A stretch of DNA of 41,058 nucleotides. Source: Acidobacteriota bacterium. GTDB lineage: Bacteria > Acidobacteriota > CAIWXX01. The stretch lies in assembly GCA_040755995.1 (NCBI GenBank), contig JBFMAF010000001.1, positions 1 to 41,058 of the forward strand, given 5' to 3'. Shown here piece after piece: positions 19,530-28,761 of this stretch (its first letter is position 1; each line of letters starts with the position of its first letter). The position numbers were made by a program, and so were the translations under genes. A model generated the notes under the pieces. It was given only the letters and a program-made list of their open reading frames with translations, did no database searches and was not told where the DNA came from.

Positions 19530-19597
19530 TTTCGCCGTTTCTCCGTCTGCTTCTCCCTTTCTCCGATTCCTCGTTTCCCCGATTCTCCGTCTCTCAG
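19530..19597. repeat. 8-nt tandem array (WTTCYCCG family), about 8 units
   Basis: TTTCGCCG TTTCTCCG ... CTTCTCCC TTTCTCCG ATTCCTCG TTTCCCCG ATTCTCCG TCTCTCAG, filling the tupC-moeA spacer. Confidence 0.85.
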
Positions 19598-19599
19598 CG

Positions 19600-20267
<668 letters not shown>

Positions 20268-20271
<4 letters not shown>

Positions 20272-20960
20272 TGCCTCGCCCCTCCGAGGAGGCGGATGGC
20301 GATGTTCAGGCAGAATGAGACGAAGAGGAGGACGAGCCCGAGGGCCATTCCAAGCGCGAACTCGCCCTTGCTCGTCTCGAGGGCGATGGCCGTGGTGATG
20401 GTGCGGGTGTAGCCTGCGATGTTGCCGCCCAGCAGCATGGAGATGCCCACTTCGCCGAAGACCCGGCCGAAGCCGGTGACAACGGCGATGAGGATCGCTG
20501 CACGCGCTTCCCGTGCGACCGTGTAGAGCGTCCGCCAGCGGCCGGCGCCGAGAGTCTGGGCCGTCCCGCGCACCAGCGGGTCGACTCCGGCCACCGCGCC
20601 GTAAGTCAGCGTCGTGATCAGCGGGAGAATCAGCACCGTCTGGCCAATCACTATGGCACCGGGTGTGAAGAGCAGGTGAAGTCCGCCCATGGGCCCCTGG
20701 CTGAAGATAATCGCGTACACAAAGAGCCCCACGGCGACAGTCGGCACCGAGAGCAGAGTCTTGAGCACATCGACGACGAGTCGCTTGCCGCGGAAATCGG
20801 TGGTGGCGAGTCCGACGCCCAGGGGCACCGCAGCGATGGAGGCAAGAGTCGAGCTGCCGGCCGAGAATTTCACCGACGCAGACACGCACGCCAGAAACTC
20901 CCGGTCCCCGCTCGCCATCAGGCGAATCGCTTCGAGGAATGACTCCGAGAGGTACCCCAC
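20268..20960 (-). CDS. tupB: Tungstate ABC transporter permease
   Basis: PTVAVGL, LLFTPGAIVIGQ and GEVGISMLLGGNIAGYTRTITTAIALETSKGEF, typical of TupB. Confidence 0.9.
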
Positions 20961-20967
20961 CGGATTA

Positions 20968-21023
20968 GCGAGGCGCGGCCTCGGACCAATTAGTCATGCG
21001 AGGCCGCTCTGGCCGCGCCTCGC
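20968..21023. other. Intergenic stem-loop between tupA and tupB
   Basis: Perfect 13-bp inverted repeat GCGAGGCGCGGCC (20968-20980) / GGCCGCGCCTCGC (21011-21023). Confidence 0.7.
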
Positions 21024-21058
21024 GTAGAGAGTGGAGAGTAGAGAGTGGAGCGTGGACC
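21024..21058 (+). repeat. 7-nt tandem array (GTRGAGA)
   Basis: GTAGAGA GTGGAGA GTAGAGA GTGGAGC GTGGACC. Confidence 0.8.
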
Positions 21059-21130
21059 GGTCCCGTGTGACCATTGCTCGCCACTCCAGGGAGTCGACTC
21101 AATGTTGACACGGCTATTGCCCCGATGCCT

Positions 21131-21949
21131 CTAATTCCCCCCGGCTGCCTTGCAGGATGGTGTGAACAACTGGTTCCCGTCGACCCTGTGCTCTCCGATC
21201 AGCTTCTGCCCTGATTCCGAGCAAAGCCAATCGATCAGCTTCTTGGCGAGCACGTACTTGACAGCAGGGAATCGCTGGGGATTGACGGCCATGGCGGAAT
21301 ACGGGTTGCCAAACTCCGGATCGCCCTCGAAGAGGATCGCCAGTTTGAGCTTGGACTTCCGCGCCAGGTAGGTTCCCCGGTCGCTGAGAGTGTATGCCTG
21401 CTTCTGGTCCGCCATGGTCAGCGCGGCCCCCATACCCTGGCCGATCTCGAGGTACCACTCGCCGGCGGGAATCGTTCCGGTCTCTTTCCAGATCTGCATC
21501 TCTTTCTGGTTCGTTCCCGACTTGTCGCCGCGCGAGATCCAGGTCGCGGAAGCCTTTCGGATCTTCTCGAGTGCCTCCTGCGCACTCTTGACACCCCTGA
21601 CCTTGGCCGAGTCGGCATCCGGGCCCACAATCACGAAGTCGTTTCGCATAATGGTAGTGCGGTTTACGCCAGCGCCCTTTCCGACGAACTCCATCTCGGC
21701 TATCGGATCGTGCACGATGACCATGTCGACGTCGCCGTTGGATGCGAGGGTGAGTGCCTGGCCGGTCCCCACCGCGATCACGTCGATCTTGCATCCTTCA
21801 CGCTGCTCGAAGTTCGGGAGCAGGTACGGAAGGAGTCCCGAGTCCTGCACCGAGGTCGTAGTGGCGACACGCAGCCGCTCCTGAGCCGGCGTCCGAGCCG
21901 GCATGGCCGCGATCGCCGCGATTACGAATGTGCCCACCAATGTCTTCAT
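21131..21949 (-). CDS. tupA: Tungstate-binding protein
   Basis: Signal peptide, ATTTSVQDSGLL (TupA TTTS motif), VGTGQAL, SRGDKSGT and YTLSDRGTY. ATG 21949 overlaps the upstream stop (ATGA). Confidence 0.92.
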   Translation of the reverse strand: MKTLVGTFVIAAIAAMPARTPAQERLRVATTTSVQDSGLLPYLLPNFEQREGCKIDVIAVGTGQALTLASNGDVDMVIVHDPIAEMEFVGKGAGVNRTTIMRNDFVIVGPDADSAKVRGVKSAQEALEKIRKASATWISRGDKSGTNQKEMQIWKETGTIPAGEWYLEIGQGMGAALTMADQKQAYTLSDRGTYLARKSKLKLAILFEGDPEFGNPYSAMAVNPQRFPAVKYVLAKKLIDWLCSESGQKLIGEHRVDGNQLFTPSCKAAGGN

Positions 21950-22902
21950 TTTCTTTCTCTTGTGCGCGCGCAGTCCTGGGGCAGGCCGCTTGTTACCGAG
22001 ATCGCATGAGGCAGAGCGGGCAGGACCGCCTCGAACTGCTCCCGCACCGCCGCTGGACTGCCGGACAGGTTGACGATAAGGCTGTACCCTCGTTGCCCGC
22101 AGATTCCCCGCGAGAGCATCGCATGAGGCGTATGCGCGAGCCCGGCCGCGCGCATCGCCTCGGCCATCCCCGGGATCGGGCGATCGATAACCCCCATCGT
22201 GGCCTCGGGGGTCACGTCTCGAGGCGCAAGCCCGGTGCCTCCGGACGTGAGCACCAGGTCCACCGCACGCTCGTCGCAGAGCTCCATGAGCGCCGCCGCG
22301 ATCGTCTCGCGATCGTCGGGGAGGACGCGGCGATCCACCAGCGCCGCGTCCAAGCGCTTCTCGACCAGATCCGAAAGCAGCGGCCCCGACCGGTCTTCCC
22401 GCGCGCCTGCGGCCGAACGGTCCGAGACCGTGATGACGGCAAACCGGATTCTCTCGAGGTCCGGGTCCAGATGAACCGGGTCGCCCGCGGCGAGCTTCCC
22501 GCCGCAGCGCACGGCAAAGAAAGTGCCCTCGGCCGGCATGATGCACTCGCCCGTGGCTGCGAATATCGCGCAGGGCGCGTGGCATACCTTGCCATGCTGC
22601 GTGACCTGCAGAATCGCGTCCGCACCGAACCGCGCCTTGCGCCCGATAGGCACCCGCGTCCAGTCGATCCCCTCGGTCACGATGTTCTCGGCGAAAGCAC
22701 CGTAGGAAAGCCCCGGCAGCTTCTCGACCATTCGCGAAAAGCTCTCCTGCGAAAGCACACTTACCTGACGATGGCCGTACCCAAGGTGGCCGTCTCCCTC
22801 GATCCCCAGTCGCGGGAGAAAGCGACACGCCGGCACAGGGCTCTTCGGCGTGCCCCTGTCCGTGCTGATGCAGATGGATCTGACAATGCCAGCCGCGTTC
22901 AC
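21946..22902 (-). CDS. MOSC domain fused to MogA/MoaB molybdopterin adenylyltransferase
   Basis: N-terminal GIEGDGH...RQVS...GAFAENI...GKVCHAPCAIF (MOSC). C-terminal ITVSDR, DRSGP, TSGGTGLAPRDVTPEAT and NLSGSP (MogA/MoaB). Confidence 0.88.
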   Translation of the reverse strand: MNAAGIVRSICISTDRGTPKSPVPACRFLPRLGIEGDGHLGYGHRQVSVLSQESFSRMVEKLPGLSYGAFAENIVTEGIDWTRVPIGRKARFGADAILQVTQHGKVCHAPCAIFAATGECIMPAEGTFFAVRCGGKLAAGDPVHLDPDLERIRFAVITVSDRSAAGAREDRSGPLLSDLVEKRLDAALVDRRVLPDDRETIAAALMELCDERAVDLVLTSGGTGLAPRDVTPEATMGVIDRPIPGMAEAMRAAGLAHTPHAMLSRGICGQRGYSLIVNLSGSPAAVREQFEAVLPALPHAISVTSGLPQDCARTRERK

Positions 22903-22912
22903 GTTCGTCCCT

Positions 22913-23398
22913 TCACCGCCCGACCGAGTCCTGCCTGAAGTAATCCCCGCTCTTGCCGCCGGTCTTCTCGATCAGGCGGATCTCGGCGATCGTCATCGAC
23001 CGGTCGGCGGCCTTGCACATGTCGTACACGGTCAGAGCCGCGACCGCCGCCGCGCAGAGCGCTTCCATCTCGACCCCCGTCCTGGCCTCCGTCCGCACTG
23101 TCGAGATGATGCGGATCTCGTTATCCCCCAGCTCGCACTCGACATCCACGTGGTGGACCGGCAGAGGGTGGCATAGCGGGATAAGATCGGCGGTCCGCTT
23201 CGCGGCCTGGATGCCTGCGATTCGCGCCGTTTCCAGCACAGGTCCCTTGGCAATACGCTGCTCGCGAATCGCCGCGACCACCTCCGTCGTCGTCCGGACG
23301 ACCGCCGCGGCGCTGGCCGTCCGAGAGGTGACCGGCTTGCCGGTCACGTCCACCATCCGGGCCCTACCCAGATCGTCGATGTGCGTGAACTCGGGCAT
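22913..23398 (-). CDS. moaC: Cyclic pyranopterin monophosphate synthase MoaC
   Basis: FTHID...[27 protein letters not shown] and KTGGKSG. Confidence 0.96.
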   Translation of the reverse strand: MPEFTHIDDLGRARMVDVTGKPVTSRTASAAAVVRTTTEVVAAIREQRIAKGPVLETARIAGIQAAKRTADLIPLCHPLPVHHVDVECELGDNEIRIISTVRTEARTGVEMEALCAAAVAALTVYDMCKAADRSMTIAEIRLIEKTGGKSGDYFRQDSVGR

Positions 23399-23404
23399 GG
23401 ACGG

Positions 23405-24346
23405 CTACCCTCCGACCGACATCGCCAGCCGCGGGCTGTGCGCGCGAGAGGGCGGCGTCTTGCCGGCCAGCAGCCGCTCCACCGCCAGCCGCAGGCTCTC
23501 ATCATCGGCTCCGTCGCGCAGCATGGCGCCGAGATCGAGCGCGTCTTCGGCGAAGAGGCAAGGTGAGAGCCGGCCGCGCGCATCCAGCCGCAGCCGGTTG
23601 CAGCCGGCGCAGAACGGCTCCGAGACCGATCGTATGAAACCTGTCGACGCAGACCTGCCGTCTACACGCGCCCTGTACAGGTCGGCGGTCGTGTCGCGTC
23701 CCATCGGGATCATCTCGAACCGGCCCGAAAGCCTCTCAATGACCTCTGCAGCCGGGACGTACATGTCCTGCCAAGAGGCCGCGGCCTGTCCAAGGGACAT
23801 CAGCTCCAGGAAGCGGACCGTCACGCCTTCATCCATCGCCAGGTGTACGAAGTCCTCGCACTCGTCCTCGTTGACGCCGCGGAGAAGCACGCAGTTGATC
23901 TTGACGGGCGAGAGTCCGGCGTCGAGGGCTGCGCGGATGCCGGCGAGGACATCCTGGAGCTCGCCGCCGCGCGTCAGTGACCGAAAGCGATCGGGTCGCA
24001 GGCTGTCCAGGCTGACATTCATGCGCGATAGGCCGGCCTTCTTCAGCGCTTTCGCATGCTGCGTCAGCAGCGCCCCGTTGGTGGTCATGCACAGCTCGCA
24101 ACGCGGCAGCGCAGCCGAAAGCATCGAGACCAGATGAACCACACCTTTCCGCACGAGCGGCTCTCCACCGGTGATGCGCGCCTTGCGCAGAGGCTGGACA
24201 CGATCGATGATCTGCGCTACGCGGACCATGGTCTCGTAGCGGAGGATGTCCTTCGGCTCAAGATGCGGGACGGCCTCGGGAGGCACGCAGTACGCACAGC
24301 GGAGGTTGCATCGGTCCGTGATCGAGATACGCAGAGACAGTGCCAT
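23405..24346 (-). CDS. moaA: GTP 3',8-cyclase MoaA (radical SAM)
   Basis: LRISITDRCNLRCAYC, TGGEP, FCAGCNRLR...CLF and the C-terminal GG. Confidence 0.95.
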   Translation of the reverse strand: MALSLRISITDRCNLRCAYCVPPEAVPHLEPKDILRYETMVRVAQIIDRVQPLRKARITGGEPLVRKGVVHLVSMLSAALPRCELCMTTNGALLTQHAKALKKAGLSRMNVSLDSLRPDRFRSLTRGGELQDVLAGIRAALDAGLSPVKINCVLLRGVNEDECEDFVHLAMDEGVTVRFLELMSLGQAAASWQDMYVPAAEVIERLSGRFEMIPMGRDTTADLYRARVDGRSASTGFIRSVSEPFCAGCNRLRLDARGRLSPCLFAEDALDLGAMLRDGADDESLRLAVERLLAGKTPPSRAHSPRLAMSVGG

Positions 24347-24372
24347 CGTGCTCCATCGCCTACAAGTGTCCC

Positions 24373-24400
24373 ATTATAATCCATGGCCACCGTATCTCAA
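24373..24400 (-). promoter_or_regulatory. sigma70-type promoter of the moa/tup operon
   Basis: Minus strand reads TTGAGA-N16-TATAAT, followed by a GGAG RBS and the moaA ATG. Confidence 0.6.
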
Positions 24401-24530
24401 GGATCGTGGTGTCCGCATAGTCAGGCGGCAAGAGCTGGACGGTCGTCGTCGTCGCTGTGCGAGGCGCGTCGTTTAGCCTTTTTCGATTGGATAGGAGGGC
24501 ATGGTGGTCCGGCGACGGCCGCGGCCAGGA

Positions 24531-25001
24531 TCAGACTCGGTCTCGCCCCGCGTCGCTCGACCCTCTGCCGTCGGCGAGTCTGCGGTTGAAGTTTGAGGCC
24601 GAGGCGTAGGCGTCCCAGATACCGTATGCCCAGAGTGCACCCCATCCGAACACGAACAGCGGAAGCGCCATCAGCCACGTCTGGTTCAACACGATGTTGA
24701 TGCAGATCAGCAGGACTGCCACCTTAGTGAGGAAAAGGACGGCGCCCTTCGCAAACTCGCCGTTGTACATCTGGCCGAGCCCGCCGTGAAGCACAGAGAG
24801 GGCCGCTGCTGAGCTTGGATCCTTGCGCCTGAGCCCGCTTCCTGCGCTCGTGGCGCTGAGACCATGTGCCCTGATCTTCTCCATGCATTCCACGCAGAAA
24901 GTCCTTCCTCGGGTCATGCGAATACAATCGGCACATACCTCGCGCCCGCACTGCATGCAGATCCCTTCGGCTCGCCTGTCCGGGTGACGCTCACACTTCA
25001 T
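24531..25001 (-). CDS. B-box-like zinc finger plus TM2/DUF5683-like membrane protein
   Basis: CxxH...CxxC...CxxC...CxxC N-terminus, then AAALSVLHGGLGQMYNG and hydrophobic helices ending in DAY. Confidence 0.8.
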   Translation of the reverse strand: MKCERHPDRRAEGICMQCGREVCADCIRMTRGRTFCVECMEKIRAHGLSATSAGSGLRRKDPSSAAALSVLHGGLGQMYNGEFAKGAVLFLTKVAVLLICINIVLNQTWLMALPLFVFGWGALWAYGIWDAYASASNFNRRLADGRGSSDAGRDRV

Positions 25002-25428
25002 TTCGACAGATCCACCTTCTGCTCCAATGCAAGCAAGAAGCGTGCCTGACTACTAGAGGGGCTACGACGCCAGGGCCTACCCGAAGCATTTCTACAACTT
25101 GGCCCCGATCCTCAACGCCGTGGCTCCTTGACACGCGGCCCGGCCCTGTCAACCGGTTGATAAACCATGAACCGAGGGTTTATGCTTCCGACCGGGCGAC
25201 GCGCATGCCGGTCAGGGCAGCTCGGCGGGATCCGCTGCCCCGCGATCGGGCGAACGGCCGAGCAAGTCGCCCATTCGAGCTAGGCTCGAGTCTTGGTTCT
25301 TCTCGGCGATTCCCGCGGCGGACGGATGGGCCAGGGAGGCGCCTCCCAGCAGCGGCAGCCCGGCAGCCAATCAGCCCTTGTTCCCGGAGCGATGCCGTGC
25401 TAGCATTCACGGTCCGGGTAAGGTGGAG

Positions 25429-25845
25429 ATGGACAGAGTAGGGCCTGCCGAAAAGACCAGATCAGAGAACCGCCGGTTCGGAATCGTCGTTGGAGGCGTG
25501 TTCTGTGTGCTGGGCGGTTTGTTGCTGGGATGGCGACACCGTCTCATGTCAGGGACCGCCTTCCTGGTCATCGGGGGTATGCTGGTGCTCCTCGCTCTGG
25601 CCTGGCCGGATTCGCTGACCTTGCCTCACCGGCTGTGGCGCAGATTCGCCCTCGTACTCGGGAGGATCAACACAGCCCTGATTCTTTCGCTGGCCTACTA
25701 CTTGATTCTCACCCCTGTGGGCCTGTTCTTCCGGCTGGTTCGGCGCGACGAGCTGCGCCGCCGCAGGGTGCCCGACGCCGGCACGACGTGGGTGCCTTAC
25801 ACGGGCCGGGTTTCCGAGCGTAACCACTTTGAGAGAATGTTCTGA
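25429..25845 (+). CDS. SxtJ-family membrane protein
   Basis: ENRRFGIVVG, W..FALVLG.IN and YYLILTPVG. ATG 25429 after a GGTAAGGTGGAG purine tract; stop overlaps the next start (TGATG). Confidence 0.85.
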   Translation: MDRVGPAEKTRSENRRFGIVVGGVFCVLGGLLLGWRHRLMSGTAFLVIGGMLVLLALAWPDSLTLPHRLWRRFALVLGRINTALILSLAYYLILTPVGLFFRLVRRDELRRRRVPDAGTTWVPYTGRVSERNHFERMF

Positions 25846-26003
25846 TGGGAAAAGCATTCGTTCTGAGAGAGCTATGGGAGTTCCTGAAGTATCGCAAGAA
25901 GTATTGGCTGGTGCCGATCGTCTTCATGCTTGTGCTTCTGGGGCTCCTGATCGTCGTGGCCGAGAAGAGTGTAGTTGCACCCTTTATCTACACGCTGTTC
26001 TGA
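25845..26003 (+). CDS. SxtK/DUF5989-family small membrane protein (52 aa, missing from ORF track)
   Basis: MGKAFVLRELWEFLKYRKKYWLVPIVFMLVLLGLLIVVAEKSVVAPFIYTLF, with the RKKYWL.P and APFIYTLF family signatures. Confidence 0.9.
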   Translation: MGKAFVLRELWEFLKYRKKYWLVPIVFMLVLLGLLIVVAEKSVVAPFIYTLF

Positions 26004-26007
26004 CAAC

Positions 26008-27918
26008 GTGCCAACGACAGTTCTGGGCCTTTCGGCCTACTACCACGACTCGGCCGCCTGCCTGCTCGCCGATGGACAGATCGTCGCGGCGGCGCAAGAG
26101 GAGCGTTTCACGCGGAAGAAGCACGATCACTCGTTCCCCGCCAATGCCGCGCGATACTGCCTGTCGGAGGCCGGGATCGAGGCCAGAGAGCTCGACTACG
26201 TTGCGTTCTACGACAAGCCCATACGCAAGTTCGAGCGCCTCTTCGAGACGTACATAGACTTTGCGCCGGACGGCCTACGGTCTTTCCTACAGGCGATGCC
26301 GCTCTGGATCAAGGAGAAACTCTGGATCCGAGACATGGTCCAGGAGGAGCTGGGGTTCGGCGGGCACATCCTCTTCGGGGATCACCACGAGTCGCACGCA
26401 GCCTCCGCTTTCTACCCATCGCCCTTCGAGGAGGCGGCCATCCTGACGATGGACGGTGTGGGCGAGTGGGCCACCTCATCGATCGGCCTCGGCCGCGGTA
26501 ACAAGATCGAGCTGATGCGCGAGATGCGTTTCCCGCACTCAGTCGGCCTGCTCTATTCGGCCTTCACCTACTTCACGGGCTTCAAAGTCAACAGCGGCGA
26601 ATACAAGCTGATGGGGCTCGCGCCATACGGAGAGCCCAAGTACGTCGACGTCATCAAGGATCAGCTCGTCCGAGTCTTTGACGACGGGTCGATCTGGCTG
26701 AACATGGACGGCTTCGAGTTCGCCCACGGGTTGACCATGACCGGAAGGCGGTTCGAAAAGCTATTCGGAGGGCCCGCGCGCAAACCGGAGTCGCGCATCA
26801 CCCAGCGCGAGATGGACATAGCGCGATCGATCCAGGTGGTGACTGAAGAAGTCGTGTTGAAGATGGCGAAGCACGCCCGGCAGCTCACGGGGGCCAACAA
26901 GATCTGCATGGCCGGCGGCGTTGCGCTCAACTGCGTGGCCAACGGCAGATTGCTGCGTGAGGGCGTCTTCGACGATCTGTGGATACAGCCCGCGGCCGGC
27001 GACGCGGGCGGAGCGCTCGGCGTCGCGCTCTCGGTGTGGCATAGCTATCTGGGAAAGGAGCGCGTCAGCGCCGAACGGCAGGGCACGGTGAGATCGCCCA
27101 CGGTTCTGAAGGAAGCGCCGGCTCCCGCCAATCCGCATCCCGCATCACGCGTGGCGCCTCCGTACGCCGACGCGATGCGCGGAGCGTTCCTGGGACCGGC
27201 TTATTCGAGCGAGGCGATCGCATCGTGGCTCACCACGGAGAAGATCCCGTTTCACACGATTCCGTATTCCGAGCTGCCGGAGAAGGTGGCGTCCATGCTG
27301 GCCGGCGAGAAGGTCGTCGGGTTGATGCAGGGGCGCATGGAATTCGGCCCGCGGGCACTCGGCGGCCGCAGCATCCTCGGCGATGCGCGGAGCCCGACGA
27401 TGCAGTCGGTGATGAACCTGAAGATCAAGTTCCGCGAGTCGTTCCGGCCGTTCGCGCCGAGCGTGCTGCGCGAGCAGGCGGCGGACTGGTTCGAGTTCGA
27501 CGGGGACTCACCGTATATGTTGCTGACAGCCGATGTTGCGCGGCAACACCGGCGCGAGATGACGCAGGCCGAGCGGAGCCTCTGGGGCATCGAGATGCTG
27601 AACGTGCCCAGGTCGACCATTCCGGCGATCACGCACGTCGACTACTCGGCCAGGCTCCAAACGGTGCGGCGCGACACAAACCCGATCTACTACGACATCA
27701 TCTCGGCGTTCTATCGGTTGACCGGGTGCCCGGTGATCGTCAACACCTCGTTCAACGTGCGCGGCGAGCCTATCGTGTGCTCGCCGATCGACGCCTATCG
27801 CTGCTTCCGCCGGACGGCGATGGACGTGCTCGTGATGGAAAACCACGTACTCTACCGCGAGGAGCAGCCTCCGATCGAAGGCACTGACAACTGGCAGGCC
27901 ACCTACACGCTGGATTAA
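26008..27918 (+). CDS. O-carbamoyltransferase (NodU/CmcH/SxtI family)
   Basis: YHDSAA, QEERFTRKKH, HHESHAASAF, DGVGE, EYKLMGLAPYG, GGVALNC, EFGPRALG, KFRESFRPFAP and NTSFN. GTG start at 26008. Confidence 0.95.
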   Translation: MPTTVLGLSAYYHDSAACLLADGQIVAAAQEERFTRKKHDHSFPANAARYCLSEAGIEARELDYVAFYDKPIRKFERLFETYIDFAPDGLRSFLQAMPLWIKEKLWIRDMVQEELGFGGHILFGDHHESHAASAFYPSPFEEAAILTMDGVGEWATSSIGLGRGNKIELMREMRFPHSVGLLYSAFTYFTGFKVNSGEYKLMGLAPYGEPKYVDVIKDQLVRVFDDGSIWLNMDGFEFAHGLTMTGRRFEKLFGGPARKPESRITQREMDIARSIQVVTEEVVLKMAKHARQLTGANKICMAGGVALNCVANGRLLREGVFDDLWIQPAAGDAGGALGVALSVWHSYLGKERVSAERQGTVRSPTVLKEAPAPANPHPASRVAPPYADAMRGAFLGPAYSSEAIASWLTTEKIPFHTIPYSELPEKVASMLAGEKVVGLMQGRMEFGPRALGGRSILGDARSPTMQSVMNLKIKFRESFRPFAPSVLREQAADWFEFDGDSPYMLLTADVARQHRREMTQAERSLWGIEMLNVPRSTIPAITHVDYSARLQTVRRDTNPIYYDIISAFYRLTGCPVIVNTSFNVRGEPIVCSPIDAYRCFRRTAMDVLVMENHVLYREEQPPIEGTDNWQATYTLD

Positions 27919-28247
27919 TACGCCTGGCGCTCGCGTGCGAAGATGGCGTCGATGTCCCTCGCCCCGTGCAGCACCCTGATTACCTGAATCCCGTATTCCG
28001 CCGGCCGGTAGAACACGACGTGATTGCCCACGGGAAAGCTGCGGAGTCCGGGTGCAAGTTCCTCGCGCAAACGGCCGAGTCCCCGCGTCCGGGCGAGAGC
28101 TGAACATCGTCTCCGGATCAGATTCACATAATTGTCCGCCGCACGAAAGCTCCGCCCAGCGATGTGTACCCAGAGCTCTACCAGATCGGTTTCCGCCTCC
28201 CGAGTGATCAGGACCTGAGCGCGGGACCTACTTCGACCCGCGGGCAC
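27915..28247 (-). CDS. parE: ParE/RelE-family toxin
   Basis: AETDL..W..I, GR.REELAPGLRSFPVGNHVVFY and IRVLHGARD. The nearest canonical start is GTG 28247 (GAGGA upstream), inside the antitoxin; start is uncertain. Confidence 0.85.
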   Translation of the reverse strand: MPAGRSRSRAQVLITREAETDLVELWVHIAGRSFRAADNYVNLIRRRCSALARTRGLGRLREELAPGLRSFPVGNHVVFYRPAEYGIQVIRVLHGARDIDAIFARERQAY

Positions 28248-28488
28248 GACCTCGTCCTCTGGCTCGGATCGCCTTCGCATCGAGGCGCACGAGGTCGCCA
28301 CGATCCGCCTGCCTGATCCCCACGGCGATATCGCGTCGCAGGGCGTCGAGACGGTGCTGGCGCACCGTGTCCATCTCCTTCAAGAGACGCAATGCCTCCC
28401 TGACCACCTCGCTGGCCGAGCCGTACAGACCCGTCGCCACTTTCTCCCGGACAAGTTGATCGAGCTCGGGCGTCAAACTCACGTTCAT
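28228..28488 (-). CDS. parD: ParD-family ribbon-helix-helix antitoxin
   Basis: MNVSLTPEL...GLYGSASEVVREALRLL, with a GGGAGG RBS. Confidence 0.92.
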   Translation of the reverse strand: MNVSLTPELDQLVREKVATGLYGSASEVVREALRLLKEMDTVRQHRLDALRRDIAVGIRQADRGDLVRLDAKAIRARGRGRARGSK

Positions 28489-28517
28489 TCGCGTGACCTC
28501 CCCTAAGATCCGTCTCC

Positions 28518-28555
28518 AGGATAGCGGAGTTAGCCAAAACTGTCAAAGTCTGACA
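28518..28555 (-). promoter_or_regulatory. parDE promoter with overlapping palindromic operator
   Basis: Minus strand reads TTGACA-N17-TATCCT (28546 to 28518). The palindrome TGTCA-N5-TGACA (28541-28555) overlaps the -35. Confidence 0.7.
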
Positions 28556-28684
28556 TCATGATAAAATCGATACTTCCGGTCTGAAGTGGCTGGCCACAAT
28601 AGTTTGTGACCCACGTGAGGGGTAGCCGCGATGTGCCTGTCCTTCCGCTTCTGGGGAAGCGGGTCCCTTGTGCGAAGGTGGCTG

Positions 28685-28761
28685 GGACGCGGTGAAAGGT
28701 AGACCCGGAGAACGGGACAGCAGCGCTTCACCGCGTCCGCGTGTCGCCGCGTCTCCGCGTC
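28685..28761. repeat. 12-bp inverted repeat running into an 8-nt (CCGCGTCN) tandem array
   Basis: GGACGCGGTGAA (28685-28696) / TTCACCGCGTCC (28727-28738), then GCGTGTCG CCGCGTCT CCGCGTC. Confidence 0.7.

Noticed and set aside
21950..22828. Long N-terminal extensions of tupA (565-aa ORF) and tupC (429-aa ORF, 20272-20889)
   Set aside because: Off-frame read of the upstream genes. The real starts overlap upstream stops (ATGA/GTGA coupling).
24347..24530. Moco/Wco riboswitch upstream of moaA
   Set aside because: The predicted promoter leaves a leader of only about 20 nt, too short for that motif.
25429..27918. Saxitoxin biosynthesis cluster
   Set aside because: No sxtA, sxtG or other core genes. 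The J/K/I-like triad is not diagnostic on its own.
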